From an uncultured Verrucomicrobiaceae bacterium (GTDB taxonomy: Bacteria > Pseudomonadota > Gammaproteobacteria > Pseudomonadales > CAMLJR01): 64,000 nucleotides of DNA. A program made the translations under genes and the position numbers. This document shows positions 49,112 to 58,421 of the stretch, piece by piece (within the stretch, counting starts at the first letter, position 1; each line of letters starts with the position of its first letter). The notes below the pieces were generated by a model. That model was not told the DNA's origin. It searched no databases and worked only from the letters and a program-made list of their open reading frames with translations. The stretch is taken from contig CAZWBA010000004.1 of NCBI GenBank assembly GCA_964631955.1, positions 11,440 through 75,439 on the forward strand. The letters are read 5' to 3'.

Positions 49112-49414
49112 TTAAAGCGGAGGAGCACGACTGTTGTAGCTGCACACGCGGCGGAAAACAAAAATGCGCGCGACATGGGAAATGATAAAAATGGCGAAAA
49201 CGATACTCGCGATAGTGAAAGTATCGGAAACGATGGCAGCGCCCGTCGCACTCGACAGCACGCAGAGCGCGCAATCGCCATCGAGAGTGTTGGAAGCGGC
49301 ATCGTGCCAGTGAGAGGTGGAAACGATTTGAGCAGCGAAAAATAAAGCCAGTGCGAGCAGCAGCCAATACGGGCGGCTCGCACGGGATTTATTGAATTCG
49401 CTGTGAGTTTGCAT
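49112..49414 (-). CDS. small membrane protein, DUF2946-like (HxH...CxxC)
   Basis: 100 aa: N-terminal TM (YWLLLALALFFAAQIV), then SHWHD and DCALC motifs, then a second TM. Directly upstream of and co-oriented with the TonB-dependent receptor. The family call is from memory of DUF2946 features. Confidence 0.55.
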   Translation of the reverse strand: MQTHSEFNKSRASRPYWLLLALALFFAAQIVSTSHWHDAASNTLDGDCALCVLSSATGAAIVSDTFTIASIVFAIFIISHVARIFVFRRVCSYNSRAPPL

Positions 49415-49436
49415 TGTTAAACTCGTGACTGATTTA

Positions 49437-49465
49437 TCCCCTCTCCCATCTGGAGCGAGGGGAGA
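49437..49465. repeat. CCCCTCTCCCAT-type hairpin repeat (after purC stop)
   Basis: TCCCCTCtcccatctggagcGAGGGGA, the same core as 45566..45597. Confidence 0.55.
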
Positions 49466-49471
49466 AAAACA

Positions 49472-50206
49472 TCAATCGAAACTGACGCCCAAACGCTGGC
49501 CGATCAATTCGTACGATTCAACCACATTACCGAGATCCTGGCGGAAGCGGTCTTTATCGAGCTTTTCGCGGGTATTTTTATCCCACACGCGACAGCCATC
49601 GGGGGAGAACTCGTCGCCGAGCATTACCTCGCCATTGAACAGGCCAAATTCCAGCTTGAAATCGACGAGCAACATATCGCCGTTCAAAAATAACGGTTTG
49701 AGCACATCGTTGATTTTGAACGTGAGTTCCTTCATGCGTTCGAGCTGTGCCTCGGTGGCCCAGCCGAACGAGCGCACGTGATATTCGTTGACGATGGGAT
49801 CGCCGAGCGGATCGCTTTTCAAAAACAGCTCGAAGGTCGGCGGATCGAGTTCCAGCCCCTCCTGAAGGCCGTAACGACGGCAGATCGAACCCGCGGCAAT
49901 ATTGCGCACCACGCATTCAAGCGGCAGCATCTGCAGCTTTTTGACGAGCGCTTCATTATCCGACAGCACTTTTTCAAAGTGACAGGGAATTCCCGCTGCC
50001 TTGAGTTTTTCCATGATGAACGCGTTGAATTTATTGTTCACCATGCCCTTGCGTTCGAGCTGTGCCTTTTTCTTGCCGTCGAATGCGGATGTATCGTTGC
50101 GAAATACCATCACGTAGCGGTCGGCATCGTCGGTGGAAAATACCGATTTGGCCTTACCCGTATACAGCTCTTCGCGTTTCACGAATTGGTCTTCACGTTT
50201 CTGCAT
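49472..50206 (-). CDS. purC: phosphoribosylaminoimidazole-succinocarboxamide synthase
   Basis: [20 protein letters not shown]..., 244 aa. The track start at 50215 is a TTG; the ATG at 50206 is preferred. Confidence 0.94.
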   Translation of the reverse strand: MQKREDQFVKREELYTGKAKSVFSTDDADRYVMVFRNDTSAFDGKKKAQLERKGMVNNKFNAFIMEKLKAAGIPCHFEKVLSDNEALVKKLQMLPLECVVRNIAAGSICRRYGLQEGLELDPPTFELFLKSDPLGDPIVNEYHVRSFGWATEAQLERMKELTFKINDVLKPLFLNGDMLLVDFKLEFGLFNGEVMLGDEFSPDGCRVWDKNTREKLDKDRFRQDLGNVVESYELIGQRLGVSFD

Positions 50207-50309
50207 AATCGACAATCTCTAGTATTTGCTTCACTGCGCCACGCGCAGAATTAAATATGTTCCGACCGATATCGCTTCAGAAATTCTTTAATGCGAATTC
50301 AGATCGGCA

Positions 50310-51374
50310 TCAAGACAGCTTGTTTTTGATGCGGTTGAGCAATTCGGTTTCGACGACGGCATCGAGTGGCTTGCCGTCCTCCCGCGACAGATCGATACGC
50401 ACTTCACCGGTATTGTTCGCTGCCGTTTGCAGGCGCAGCACATAGACCGTTTCGGGATTCAATAACTCATCGTCAGCGTCGAACATCCACGACCAGAAAC
50501 GACCCAGCAGGCCGGGCTCATCCTTGGGATCGACCGGCGGCGTGAAGCGCACCCGGATTTCGTGCTCGCTCTGATTTTGATCTTCGATCGCAAAATCCGC
50601 CTTCGGCAACGCCAGTGTCAGCGACGACCAGGCGCGCTCCAGCGGCAATTCGAGACGCAAATGCGGGCGCTCACCGGCCGGCTTGTTCAAAAACACCTTG
50701 CCGCGCGATTCGATACCGCGCTGCGCGAGCATCGATACCGCGCCCGAGCTGCCGTTATCGGCAACGAATTGCGCGAGCGCCTTGATCATCTCCGCCTCGC
50801 GCGCGGAATCGCTCGACGCCGCCGGCCAGTTGTCGCCGGCTACCGCCCCCGCCTGCAAGACATAAATTTCGGACGATCCGCGCTGCACGCCCTGCTCGAT
50901 GCGGAAACGATAACGCTCGCGCGAAACGCCGTCGGCTTTCGGCTGCAGCCAGCCGGTTTCGATAACGCCGTCGTTGGCGTCGGCGCGGGTGACATAAAGC
51001 TGATTCACATTTAAAAACTGGCGCACGCGCGGCCACACTTCACCGGGCGATGCTTCGACGAGAATCCAGCTGATGTTATTCAGATTGCGGATACGCACCT
51101 GTTCGGCACCCGGATCACCATCGATCGATGCCGGACGTGGTGCCTCGAATTTACCTTCGAGCACGGCATTGTTTGCAATCGGCGGAATCGCAAAATCCTG
51201 ATCGGCTTCGAGCTGCGCCAGCTCGGGCGGAATCTGCAGCGGTTTTTCCACGCGTGCACGACGGTAATCGTCGCCGCGGTCGCGAAATACACCTTTATCA
51301 CCAAACAGCCAGCCACAGCCGCTCACAACGATCGATACTGCAGTCAGCAGCGGTATCAGGACGGTTTTTTTCAT
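50310..51374 (-). CDS. bamC: outer membrane protein assembly factor BamC (lipoprotein)
   Basis: MKKTVLIPLLTAVSIVVSGC lipobox. Sits in the dapA-bamC-purC order typical of gammaproteobacteria. Confidence 0.85.
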   Translation of the reverse strand: MKKTVLIPLLTAVSIVVSGCGWLFGDKGVFRDRGDDYRRARVEKPLQIPPELAQLEADQDFAIPPIANNAVLEGKFEAPRPASIDGDPGAEQVRIRNLNNISWILVEASPGEVWPRVRQFLNVNQLYVTRADANDGVIETGWLQPKADGVSRERYRFRIEQGVQRGSSEIYVLQAGAVAGDNWPAASSDSAREAEMIKALAQFVADNGSSGAVSMLAQRGIESRGKVFLNKPAGERPHLRLELPLERAWSSLTLALPKADFAIEDQNQSEHEIRVRFTPPVDPKDEPGLLGRFWSWMFDADDELLNPETVYVLRLQTAANNTGEVRIDLSREDGKPLDAVVETELLNRIKNKLS

Positions 51375-51449
51375 CGACGACTCAATTGGCAAAACATGAA
51401 ACCAGCTTACAGATGCGTGGAATAACGCGTTATTTTTCCGGGATTTGCC

Positions 51450-52325
51450 TTACAGCAAACCGGCGCTGCGCATCGCTTCGCGCACGACAGGCTGTGCGCT
51501 TTCGCTGAGCGTTGTGAGCGGCAGACGAACCCCGTCACTCATTTTGCCCAGCTGGGCGACGGCCCACTTCACGGGAATCGGATTCGATTCGACGAATAAT
51601 TGCTGATGCAGCGGCATCAGTTTTTCATTGATCGCGCGCGCGCTATCCGCATCGCCGCGCAATGCTGCCGCGCACATTTGGGACATCAGCTTCGGTGCGA
51701 CGTTCGCGGTTACCGAAATGTCGCCTTTGCCCCCAGCCAGAATCAAATCGAGCGCGGTGGCATCGTCGCCCGAAATCACATCGAACTGCGCGCCGCAACG
51801 CTGGATCAGATCGATACCGCGCGGCACATCGCCGGTGGCATCCTTGATACCGATGATGTTGCCGATTTTCGCCAGACGCTCGACCGTTTCGTTGCGCATG
51901 TCGCATGCGGTGCGGCCCGGCACGTTGTAAAGAATTTGTGGAATCGCGACCGCATCGGCGATGGCTTTGAAATGCAGATACAAACCTTCCTGCGTCGGCT
52001 TGTTGTAATACGGCGTGACCAGCAGACAGGCATCGACACCGGCATCTTTGGCAGCCTGCGTGAGTTCGATGGCTTCGCGCGTGCAATTGGCGCCGGTACC
52101 TGCGATGACCGGAATGCGGCCGCGACAGACAGCGACCGTGCGTTTGATCACTGCGCAGTGTTCTTCGACATCGAGCGTAGCCGACTCGCCGGTGGTGCCG
52201 ACGGCGACGATGGCGTTGGTGCCCTCGGCGATGTGCCATTCAAGAATATTATCGAGCGCGGGCCAATCGAGATCGCCGCTTGCGGTCATGGGGGTGACCA
52301 GCGCGACCATGCTGCCAGAAAACAT
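51450..52325 (-). CDS. dapA: 4-hydroxy-tetrahydrodipicolinate synthase
   Basis: MFSGSMVALVTPM...VGTTGESATL...LYNVPGRT... 291 aa. Confidence 0.96.
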   Translation of the reverse strand: MFSGSMVALVTPMTASGDLDWPALDNILEWHIAEGTNAIVAVGTTGESATLDVEEHCAVIKRTVAVCRGRIPVIAGTGANCTREAIELTQAAKDAGVDACLLVTPYYNKPTQEGLYLHFKAIADAVAIPQILYNVPGRTACDMRNETVERLAKIGNIIGIKDATGDVPRGIDLIQRCGAQFDVISGDDATALDLILAGGKGDISVTANVAPKLMSQMCAAALRGDADSARAINEKLMPLHQQLFVESNPIPVKWAVAQLGKMSDGVRLPLTTLSESAQPVVREAMRSAGLL

Positions 52326-52496
52326 GCACTATCTCCGGGAAACAGATTCGGGAACGGAAAAGGCGCTATGGTACTGACGCCCCCCCTTCAGTACAAGGCT
52401 GGAAAAACAAGCGGCAGGCACTAATCCGCGGCGACTGAGGTTCCGGCACGAGTCGAGCGAAAATGGATAATCACCGTAACGAAAACGGGCAGCGCG

Positions 52497-54629
52497 CTAG
52501 CTTTTGGCGAAACCGAGCTTGCTGGCAATCGCGATAAAGGCGCGCTCCATGAAGCTGCGTTTTTCGGGCTGGACGATGCGAATCGTACCCGCGTGCAAAC
52601 CGCTCACCAGATTGGGCAGTGTCTCGACCAGCTGTTTGATGCCCGCTGGATTGACGAACATATAATGCCCGCTGACGCGGCTGAACCAGGCGAGTTTCAG
52701 CTGCTGCGAACGCTGACCGGGGCGATCGAACTCAAACAGCGTGCCGAATTCGGTTTTCGAACGCAGCATGTCGGCGAGCGCTTCTTCCTCCACCGAAAAC
52801 CCGACCACGGTTTGCGACTCCGGAGCCGGCGGGACGGACGCTGCAGGCTCGGACACCGCTGCGGCCTGCGCGACTGGCGTACCCTCGAACGCCTGCTCCT
52901 GCGCGCGCCGCAATGCGAGCAACAATTCCTCGCCCGCTTCGCTGCTGTAACCAATCGTGCGCAAACCTTCGGCGATCGATTGTTCGAGCTGCTGCTGATA
53001 ACGCTGGAATTCATCGCGCGAGCGCGTGCTGTCGCCCTGCACGCTCCAGAGCACGCCGTCGACGACCTTGAGCGCCGCCTTCCACGACAGACTGTCTTCG
53101 CCGTTGCGCAGATAATTGAACGTCAGGAAATCGGTCCACGGCTTCTGCAATAACTGCTGAATGGTTTCGGGAATCGAAAAACCCTTGATGCGCTCGGCGA
53201 TTTCGGTGCTCGCGCGCTGTTTTGCTGCGGCCAGCCGTTCGATCCCCTCCTGCGCCGAGCGATTGCGCTTCTCGGCCATTTCCGCGCGCTTGTCGAGCCC
53301 TTCGCGAAAACGATTGAAATCGTCGAGCAGGCGCGAAAACAGTTCGATGTCATCGACAAAGCCGCGCAATATCGTTTCGACGATGTTGCGCAATTTCGGC
53401 AGGACCACGCGCTCCTTATCGTCGGTGACCCAGCGCGCGCCGGTTTCCGCCATGCGGTTGAGCAATACGCGCGCGGGGTGCTGCTGGTTTTCGAGAAAGG
53501 TTTTATCGAGCAACGATAATTTCAGATAGGGCGTGTGCAAGTGACTCAGCAGCGATTTCACCACGTCGGAAATCTTGCCGTCGTCGAGCATGAAACGGAA
53601 CACCATACCGACGAGATCGACCGCATCGGCATCGCGCTGGGCGAGCTGATTGCGCTGATCGGGCCGGGCCTGCTGCTTCAATTGCGCAAACAGTTTTTCT
53701 TCGACGCGATCGATCGCGAGCGGACGCTGCAGCGCTGCAGTCGCGTTGAATTCCGGCGCCTGCTGTAACGCCGTCAGCACCAGCGCATAATCGAGCGGAA
53801 CGAAGTTTTCTGCAGCACCGTCGCGCCCCGCCTGCAAACCTCCGTAGCTGATGCCGCTGACAGTACCCACGCGCGGGCCCTGTGCGGTGCGCTGGCGCAA
53901 TTGTTCGATGATCGAGTTATAAAGCTGACGCTGCTCCGGCCCTTCATCAACTGTGGACGCGGGTGTCGGTGCCACCGGCGGTGGCGGATCGCTCGTCTCA
54001 TCCTTATTGATCACGAATTTCAAATTCGGCAGCACACCGCCATCGATCAGAGTGGCATTGAGCGAATCGAAAACCTTGCCGAACACCGCAAGCAATAATT
54101 TGCCGAGATGCTTGTAAATAAAAATGCGCGCCTTGAGCTCGACATCGAGCTCGCCCATCGCCTGACGCAAGGCCAATCCCACCTTGGCGGGGCCGAAGGG
54201 ATTGCTGTCGTCCATGACTTTCTTGCCGCCGCGCAATACGGCGAGACGGCGGTTTAATTTCCACAGCGTTTCGGAATGCTGACTGCTCGCACGCGATACG
54301 ATCATCGAGACAGCCAGCTCGTCCTCGAGCTGTTCGCGCGCCACCAGACTCAATTTGTTGAGACGTAGCGGCGGCGCGATCTCGTCTTCATCGTGTCCGA
54401 GCAAAAATTGATCGTAGCCATGCTGCAATTGCGCACTGAATGCACGCTGCATGGTGGGCGCGGATTCGTTCAGGCGCTGAATCGCATCGAAATAACAGCG
54501 CTGCTCTTCGTTGCTCTTGCCTTTTTCGGCCTGTTCGAAGAGACGATCGCGCAAGCTCTGCTGAGCCGATTGCAGGAGATTTCCATAAAACGGCAGGGCC
54601 AGATCACGGCAGCGGGCAAGGAGCTCCAT
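52497..54629 (-). CDS. DUF1631 family protein
   Basis: About 710 aa. The N-terminus …LLQSAQQSLRDRLFEQAEKGKSNEEQRCYFDAIQRL… and overall layout match DUF1631 as I recall it. The ATG at 54629 is preferred over the TTG at 54632. Confidence 0.75.
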   Translation of the reverse strand: MELLARCRDLALPFYGNLLQSAQQSLRDRLFEQAEKGKSNEEQRCYFDAIQRLNESAPTMQRAFSAQLQHGYDQFLLGHDEDEIAPPLRLNKLSLVAREQLEDELAVSMIVSRASSQHSETLWKLNRRLAVLRGGKKVMDDSNPFGPAKVGLALRQAMGELDVELKARIFIYKHLGKLLLAVFGKVFDSLNATLIDGGVLPNLKFVINKDETSDPPPPVAPTPASTVDEGPEQRQLYNSIIEQLRQRTAQGPRVGTVSGISYGGLQAGRDGAAENFVPLDYALVLTALQQAPEFNATAALQRPLAIDRVEEKLFAQLKQQARPDQRNQLAQRDADAVDLVGMVFRFMLDDGKISDVVKSLLSHLHTPYLKLSLLDKTFLENQQHPARVLLNRMAETGARWVTDDKERVVLPKLRNIVETILRGFVDDIELFSRLLDDFNRFREGLDKRAEMAEKRNRSAQEGIERLAAAKQRASTEIAERIKGFSIPETIQQLLQKPWTDFLTFNYLRNGEDSLSWKAALKVVDGVLWSVQGDSTRSRDEFQRYQQQLEQSIAEGLRTIGYSSEAGEELLLALRRAQEQAFEGTPVAQAAAVSEPAASVPPAPESQTVVGFSVEEEALADMLRSKTEFGTLFEFDRPGQRSQQLKLAWFSRVSGHYMFVNPAGIKQLVETLPNLVSGLHAGTIRIVQPEKRSFMERAFIAIASKLGFAKS

Positions 54630-54910
54630 CAATACATCTCAAATCGTTTTAATAAATTAAAGACCGTCGGTGCCGTCTTTCGCGGCGCAGTCTTTGTGTC
54701 GAAACAGCCGTAGTAATGAACGTGAGCGGCCTATACTGGTGGAGCATCCGATGAACACCGGTCCGGTCGCACACCCGCCCTCGCTGGCGCAGGCATAGTG
54801 AATAAATGTAGCCCAAATTCACATTGATGCCGGCGTTGCGGTTGCCGGCGCGGATATTTTTCCGCACCATGATCGCTCCGTCCTGCAAAACCATGGAGAT
54901 CGTCGTACCA

Positions 54911-55474
54911 ATGGACGCAATGACCCTGCTCAATCACCGCAACTCGGAACCCAAACTCAGCAAGCCGGGGCCCGATCGCGCGGCCCTGCTGCAAATTCTC
55001 GGCGCAGCCGCGCGCGCGCCCGATCATGGCCGCCTGCGCCCGTGGCGCTTTCTGCTCATCGACGGCAAGGCGCGCTATCGGCTCGGCGAGTTATTCGTGA
55101 ACGCCCTGCGCGCACGTCGGCCCGATGCGACACCCGAAGAACTGAAAAAAGCCGATGAAGCGCCGCTGCGTGCGCCGGTCATCATCACCGTGATCGCACG
55201 TGTTCAGGATCATCCGAAAGTGCCCAGGCTCGAACAGATCCTCTCCGCCGGCTGCGCCGCTCACGGTATTTTGCTCGCGGCTCAGGCGCTCGGCTTCGGC
55301 GCGATCTGGCGCACCGGCGATTACAGCTATGACCCGCAGGTCAAAGCTGGCCTCGACCTGAGCGAGAACGAGGACATCATCGGCTACATCTACATCGGCT
55401 CCGCGCTCGGTGTGCCGAAGCCATTACCCGACATCAACGTGGAAGAGCTGGTGCAGGTGTGGGGCGGGGAATAA
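54911..55474 (+). CDS. NAD(P)H nitroreductase (YdjA-like)
   Basis: MDAMTLLNHRNSEPKLSKPGPD...APDHGRLRPWRFLLI... 187 aa from ATG 54911; the upstream part of the track ORF has no support. Confidence 0.85.
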   Translation: MDAMTLLNHRNSEPKLSKPGPDRAALLQILGAAARAPDHGRLRPWRFLLIDGKARYRLGELFVNALRARRPDATPEELKKADEAPLRAPVIITVIARVQDHPKVPRLEQILSAGCAAHGILLAAQALGFGAIWRTGDYSYDPQVKAGLDLSENEDIIGYIYIGSALGVPKPLPDINVEELVQVWGGE

Positions 55475-55900
55475 TCACCGCTTCGGCGCGGCGTGGCCTC
55501 CATTCAATTTCAGCGTGAAGAAATCCGGTATCTGATCGTCGGGAATGGCTTTGCAGTCACCATTTCCGCCGTCGACACTACCGCTGGCCTCTTCAGCACT
55601 TGCAGCTTCGACCGCAACATACCTGCGCGCCGATGTACTAAAGCACGCCCAATAAGGACGGCCAGCTTTATGCAAAACCATGTTTGCCGCACAGGAATAT
55701 CTAAAATCCTGGCAAGGCTTTCTGCAGCGGACTGATGGAATATCGTTAGGCCCGAGATCCGGACATTTGGCGGCGCATGCATCTGCCTCTTTCGCGCAGG
55801 GACCTTCGCGCATCGCATTATTCATGTCACTCAGTGCATCGGCATACCCGGCGGACACGCCCCCAAGCACCATCAGCAGCACTGGTATAAAAAATCGCAT
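55475..55900 (-). CDS. hypothetical secreted cysteine-rich protein (141 aa, 8 Cys)
   Basis: AGGAGG lies 4 nt before the ATG at 55900. Signal peptide MRFFIPVLLMVLGGVSAGYA. Cys pattern CAKEADACAAKC...CRKPCQDFRYSC. It lies 33 nt downstream of the apbE stop. No family recognised. Confidence 0.6.
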   Translation of the reverse strand: MRFFIPVLLMVLGGVSAGYADALSDMNNAMREGPCAKEADACAAKCPDLGPNDIPSVRCRKPCQDFRYSCAANMVLHKAGRPYWACFSTSARRYVAVEAASAEEASGSVDGGNGDCKAIPDDQIPDFFTLKLNGGHAAPKR

Positions 55901-55933
55901 AAAGCCTCCTGAAACTTTTGCATAAAGTTGCAA

Positions 55934-56890
55934 TTACCCTGCAGGCGGCGCCAGGTTTTTCGAATAAAACATCTGCCCCTGATCGTCGATAACAATCGCA
56001 TCGACGCCGGGAATTTTATCGATGATTTCCATGCCGCGCTGCACACCGAGAATAAATAGCGGCTTGGTTAAAGCGTCAGTATCGATACCGCGCGGTGCAA
56101 GCACACTCACGCTGCGCACTCCAGTAGCCGATTTTCCGGTTTTCGGATTGATGATGTGATGCACGCGGCGATCGCCATCCATGAAATAACGTTCGTAATC
56201 ACCCGATGTCGAAATCGCGGTATCCGTTAGCGGCAGCGCCACGGCGGATTTATTTTCATCGCGCGGATTTTTGATGCCGACAATCCACGGTCTGCCGCGG
56301 CGATCGCCGATAATGCGACTGTCGCCACCCGCGGTGACAATCGCATGCTTAATACCGCGCGCCATTAAAATTTCCGCGCCGCGATCGACTGCGTAACCTT
56401 TGGCGATGCCGCCCAGATCGATGCGCATACCGGCCTTCTGAAAATGCACGGTGCTGTTTTTTTCATCGAGTTTCATCGAGCGATAATCGATTGCATTCAA
56501 ATGCTCTGCGACCTGCGCATCGGTGGGCTTGATGTGATTGCGATAATCGTACAGATAGCCAACCGATGCGAAGGTGATATCGAATGCGCCGCGACTCACT
56601 TCGGAATAATGAAGCGAGGTTTTCAACAAGTGCATCATCTCGACGGAAATCTTCACAGGGTGCTGCGAGGCTTCGCGATTGATCAGTGCGAGCTCGCTCG
56701 TTTCGATATAGGGACTCATCGCCCGGTCGATGCGCATCATCTCCTGCATGACAGCTTCGATAGCCGTCTGCGCGATTTTATTTTCGTCGGCCCACAACTC
56801 GACGCTGATCGACGTGCCCATGATGGCGCGATGATCGCTGTGCCACCCGGCATGAGCGCCAGATGCAATCACATAAAGAAATATTGCCAT
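55934..56890 (-). CDS. apbE: FAD:protein FMN transferase ApbE
   Basis: …AIMGTSISVELW…, IDLGGIAKGYAVD, …SGDYERYF… ApbE motifs. The ATG at 56890 gives 318 aa with a short signal peptide. The upstream 55 codons of the track ORF are translated repeat DNA. Confidence 0.88.
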   Translation of the reverse strand: MAIFLYVIASGAHAGWHSDHRAIMGTSISVELWADENKIAQTAIEAVMQEMMRIDRAMSPYIETSELALINREASQHPVKISVEMMHLLKTSLHYSEVSRGAFDITFASVGYLYDYRNHIKPTDAQVAEHLNAIDYRSMKLDEKNSTVHFQKAGMRIDLGGIAKGYAVDRGAEILMARGIKHAIVTAGGDSRIIGDRRGRPWIVGIKNPRDENKSAVALPLTDTAISTSGDYERYFMDGDRRVHHIINPKTGKSATGVRSVSVLAPRGIDTDALTKPLFILGVQRGMEIIDKIPGVDAIVIDDQGQMFYSKNLAPPAG

Positions 56891-56901
56891 CACACAGGGA
56901 A

Positions 56902-57030
56902 GGCTCCCCCTATAAAACAGGAACCTAAAGGTCCTAAAGGGGAGTGCCCGCAGGGCGAGGGGGTCATTTTTAAAAGATGACCCCTCCGTCTCGCTTCGCG
57001 AGCCACCCTCCCTACTACGCAGGGGAGGCC
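56902..57030. repeat. composite three-hairpin intergenic repeat, copy 2 (between gspN stop and apbE start)
   Basis: Collinear with 9426..9532: GGCTCCCCCTAT…AGGGGAGTGCCCG(A/C)AGGGCGAGGGGGT…ACCCCTCCGTC…CCTACT..G.AGGGGAGGCC. The first loop carries an extra GGAACCTAAAGGTCC sub-hairpin. Confidence 0.8.
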
Positions 57031-57051
57031 TATTTGATGCTCGCAACATGA

Positions 57052-57882
57052 TCACCAGCGCCCATCGCGCTTAACGGAATAATTGCCCTGTGCATCGGGC
57101 TGACCCGCGAATAACACCTGCACGCTCTGGCGAAAATCCTCCGGCAGCGAAGGCGCCATTTTCACCTGCAACTGCAGAGCCCAATGGCGCTCCTGTGCAT
57201 TCACATCGACGACGCCATCGAGCGCGAATGCACCCTGTCCCTGCAGTGCACAATGTATTTGCTGCGCTGCGGGCACGCTCAATTCGCAGCGATAATCACC
57301 GAGCGCGAGCCATTGCGTGCTCCATTGCCATTGCGCCTGCTGCCAATGCAGCGCGCCCTGCAATGAATGAATTTGCGTCCGCGACAACTCCGCGCGCTCC
57401 AGTTTCAAGGCGACTTGCCCGCGCGCCCCGACCGGCACCCAGTTCGAAATCATCGCCGCCGGCAAAGCTGCACCGGTTTGAGTTAGCGTTAATTTACCCA
57501 AAGGAGAAACGCGCAGTCGCATATCGATAAACTGATCGCCATAATTCGTTGCGATATGCGCAGAAGGGTGCAGCCATAGCAACGACCACGGCTGCAAATG
57601 CCACTCGAAACTGCCGAGCGCGATCACGCGCTCCTGACCCGCCGCCTGCGACTGCACCCAGAAAGCTTGTGCAGCACTGCCGTTCCAGAAACTGCCCGAT
57701 ACATTTTGCAGCTGCAGCTGCGGCACGAATTGACGCAGCAATGAATTGAACAGGCTGGCGGGCGCGCCATAGAAAACACAGACCAGAAACCACGCAACTG
57801 CAGCGATCAGCGCGCGCTGACGCCAGCGGTGATCGAATAAGAATTTTTTTTCAGCTTTCTCTTCAACGATTGCAGTTGTCAT
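57052..57882 (-). CDS. gspN: type II secretion system protein N
   Basis: 276 aa with an N-terminal TM (…ALIAAVAWFLVCVFYGAP…), then NVSGSFWNGSA. It is the last gene of the gsp operon. Confidence 0.8.
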   Translation of the reverse strand: MTTAIVEEKAEKKFLFDHRWRQRALIAAVAWFLVCVFYGAPASLFNSLLRQFVPQLQLQNVSGSFWNGSAAQAFWVQSQAAGQERVIALGSFEWHLQPWSLLWLHPSAHIATNYGDQFIDMRLRVSPLGKLTLTQTGAALPAAMISNWVPVGARGQVALKLERAELSRTQIHSLQGALHWQQAQWQWSTQWLALGDYRCELSVPAAQQIHCALQGQGAFALDGVVDVNAQERHWALQLQVKMAPSLPEDFRQSVQVLFAGQPDAQGNYSVKRDGRW

Positions 57883-57911
57883 CGCAGCAAATATTTTCCT
57901 AACGCATAAAA

Positions 57912-58391
57912 TCAGGGGCGAAACAGGCGCGCCGATACATTGACGAGCCCCGGTCCCGAACCCGGCGCAACCACCAGCTCGCGAATCGTCACGTTCTGCA
58001 CCGATTCCAGCTCATTGAGCCAGCGCAACACCTGATCTGACGACATATTATCGAGCCGCACCTGCACATCGCCGCTGCTGCCGGGCTGAAAGCGGCTCAT
58101 GCGCAACTGGTGTGCAGCCACCGTACGGTCGATCACCTGCGTGAGGTTTTCACTCTGACCTGAGTCACTCTGAGTTGCGCTTTGTTGCAATGCGCGCAAC
58201 TCCGCCGCCATCTGCGTGACCGCCGCCAGTGTTTTCTGCGCAGCGACATTCTGATTTTCGAGTCGCTGATTCGCTGCGGCCAATGGGTGCAATAACACCT
58301 GATACACCATATACAGCGCGAGCGCTCCCGCGAGTAACGCGAGCATCGCCTGATCGCGCAGACTCAATTGTTGCTGCAGTTTTTCCAACAT
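57912..58391 (-). CDS. gspM: type II secretion system protein M
   Basis: 159 aa with a single TM (MLALLAGALALYMVYQVLL). Position between gspL and gspN. Confidence 0.85.
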   Translation of the reverse strand: MLEKLQQQLSLRDQAMLALLAGALALYMVYQVLLHPLAAANQRLENQNVAAQKTLAAVTQMAAELRALQQSATQSDSGQSENLTQVIDRTVAAHQLRMSRFQPGSSGDVQVRLDNMSSDQVLRWLNELESVQNVTIRELVVAPGSGPGLVNVSARLFRP

Positions 58392-58421
58392 GATTATTTC
58401 CGCTCGCTTTTTCTTTCTTCT

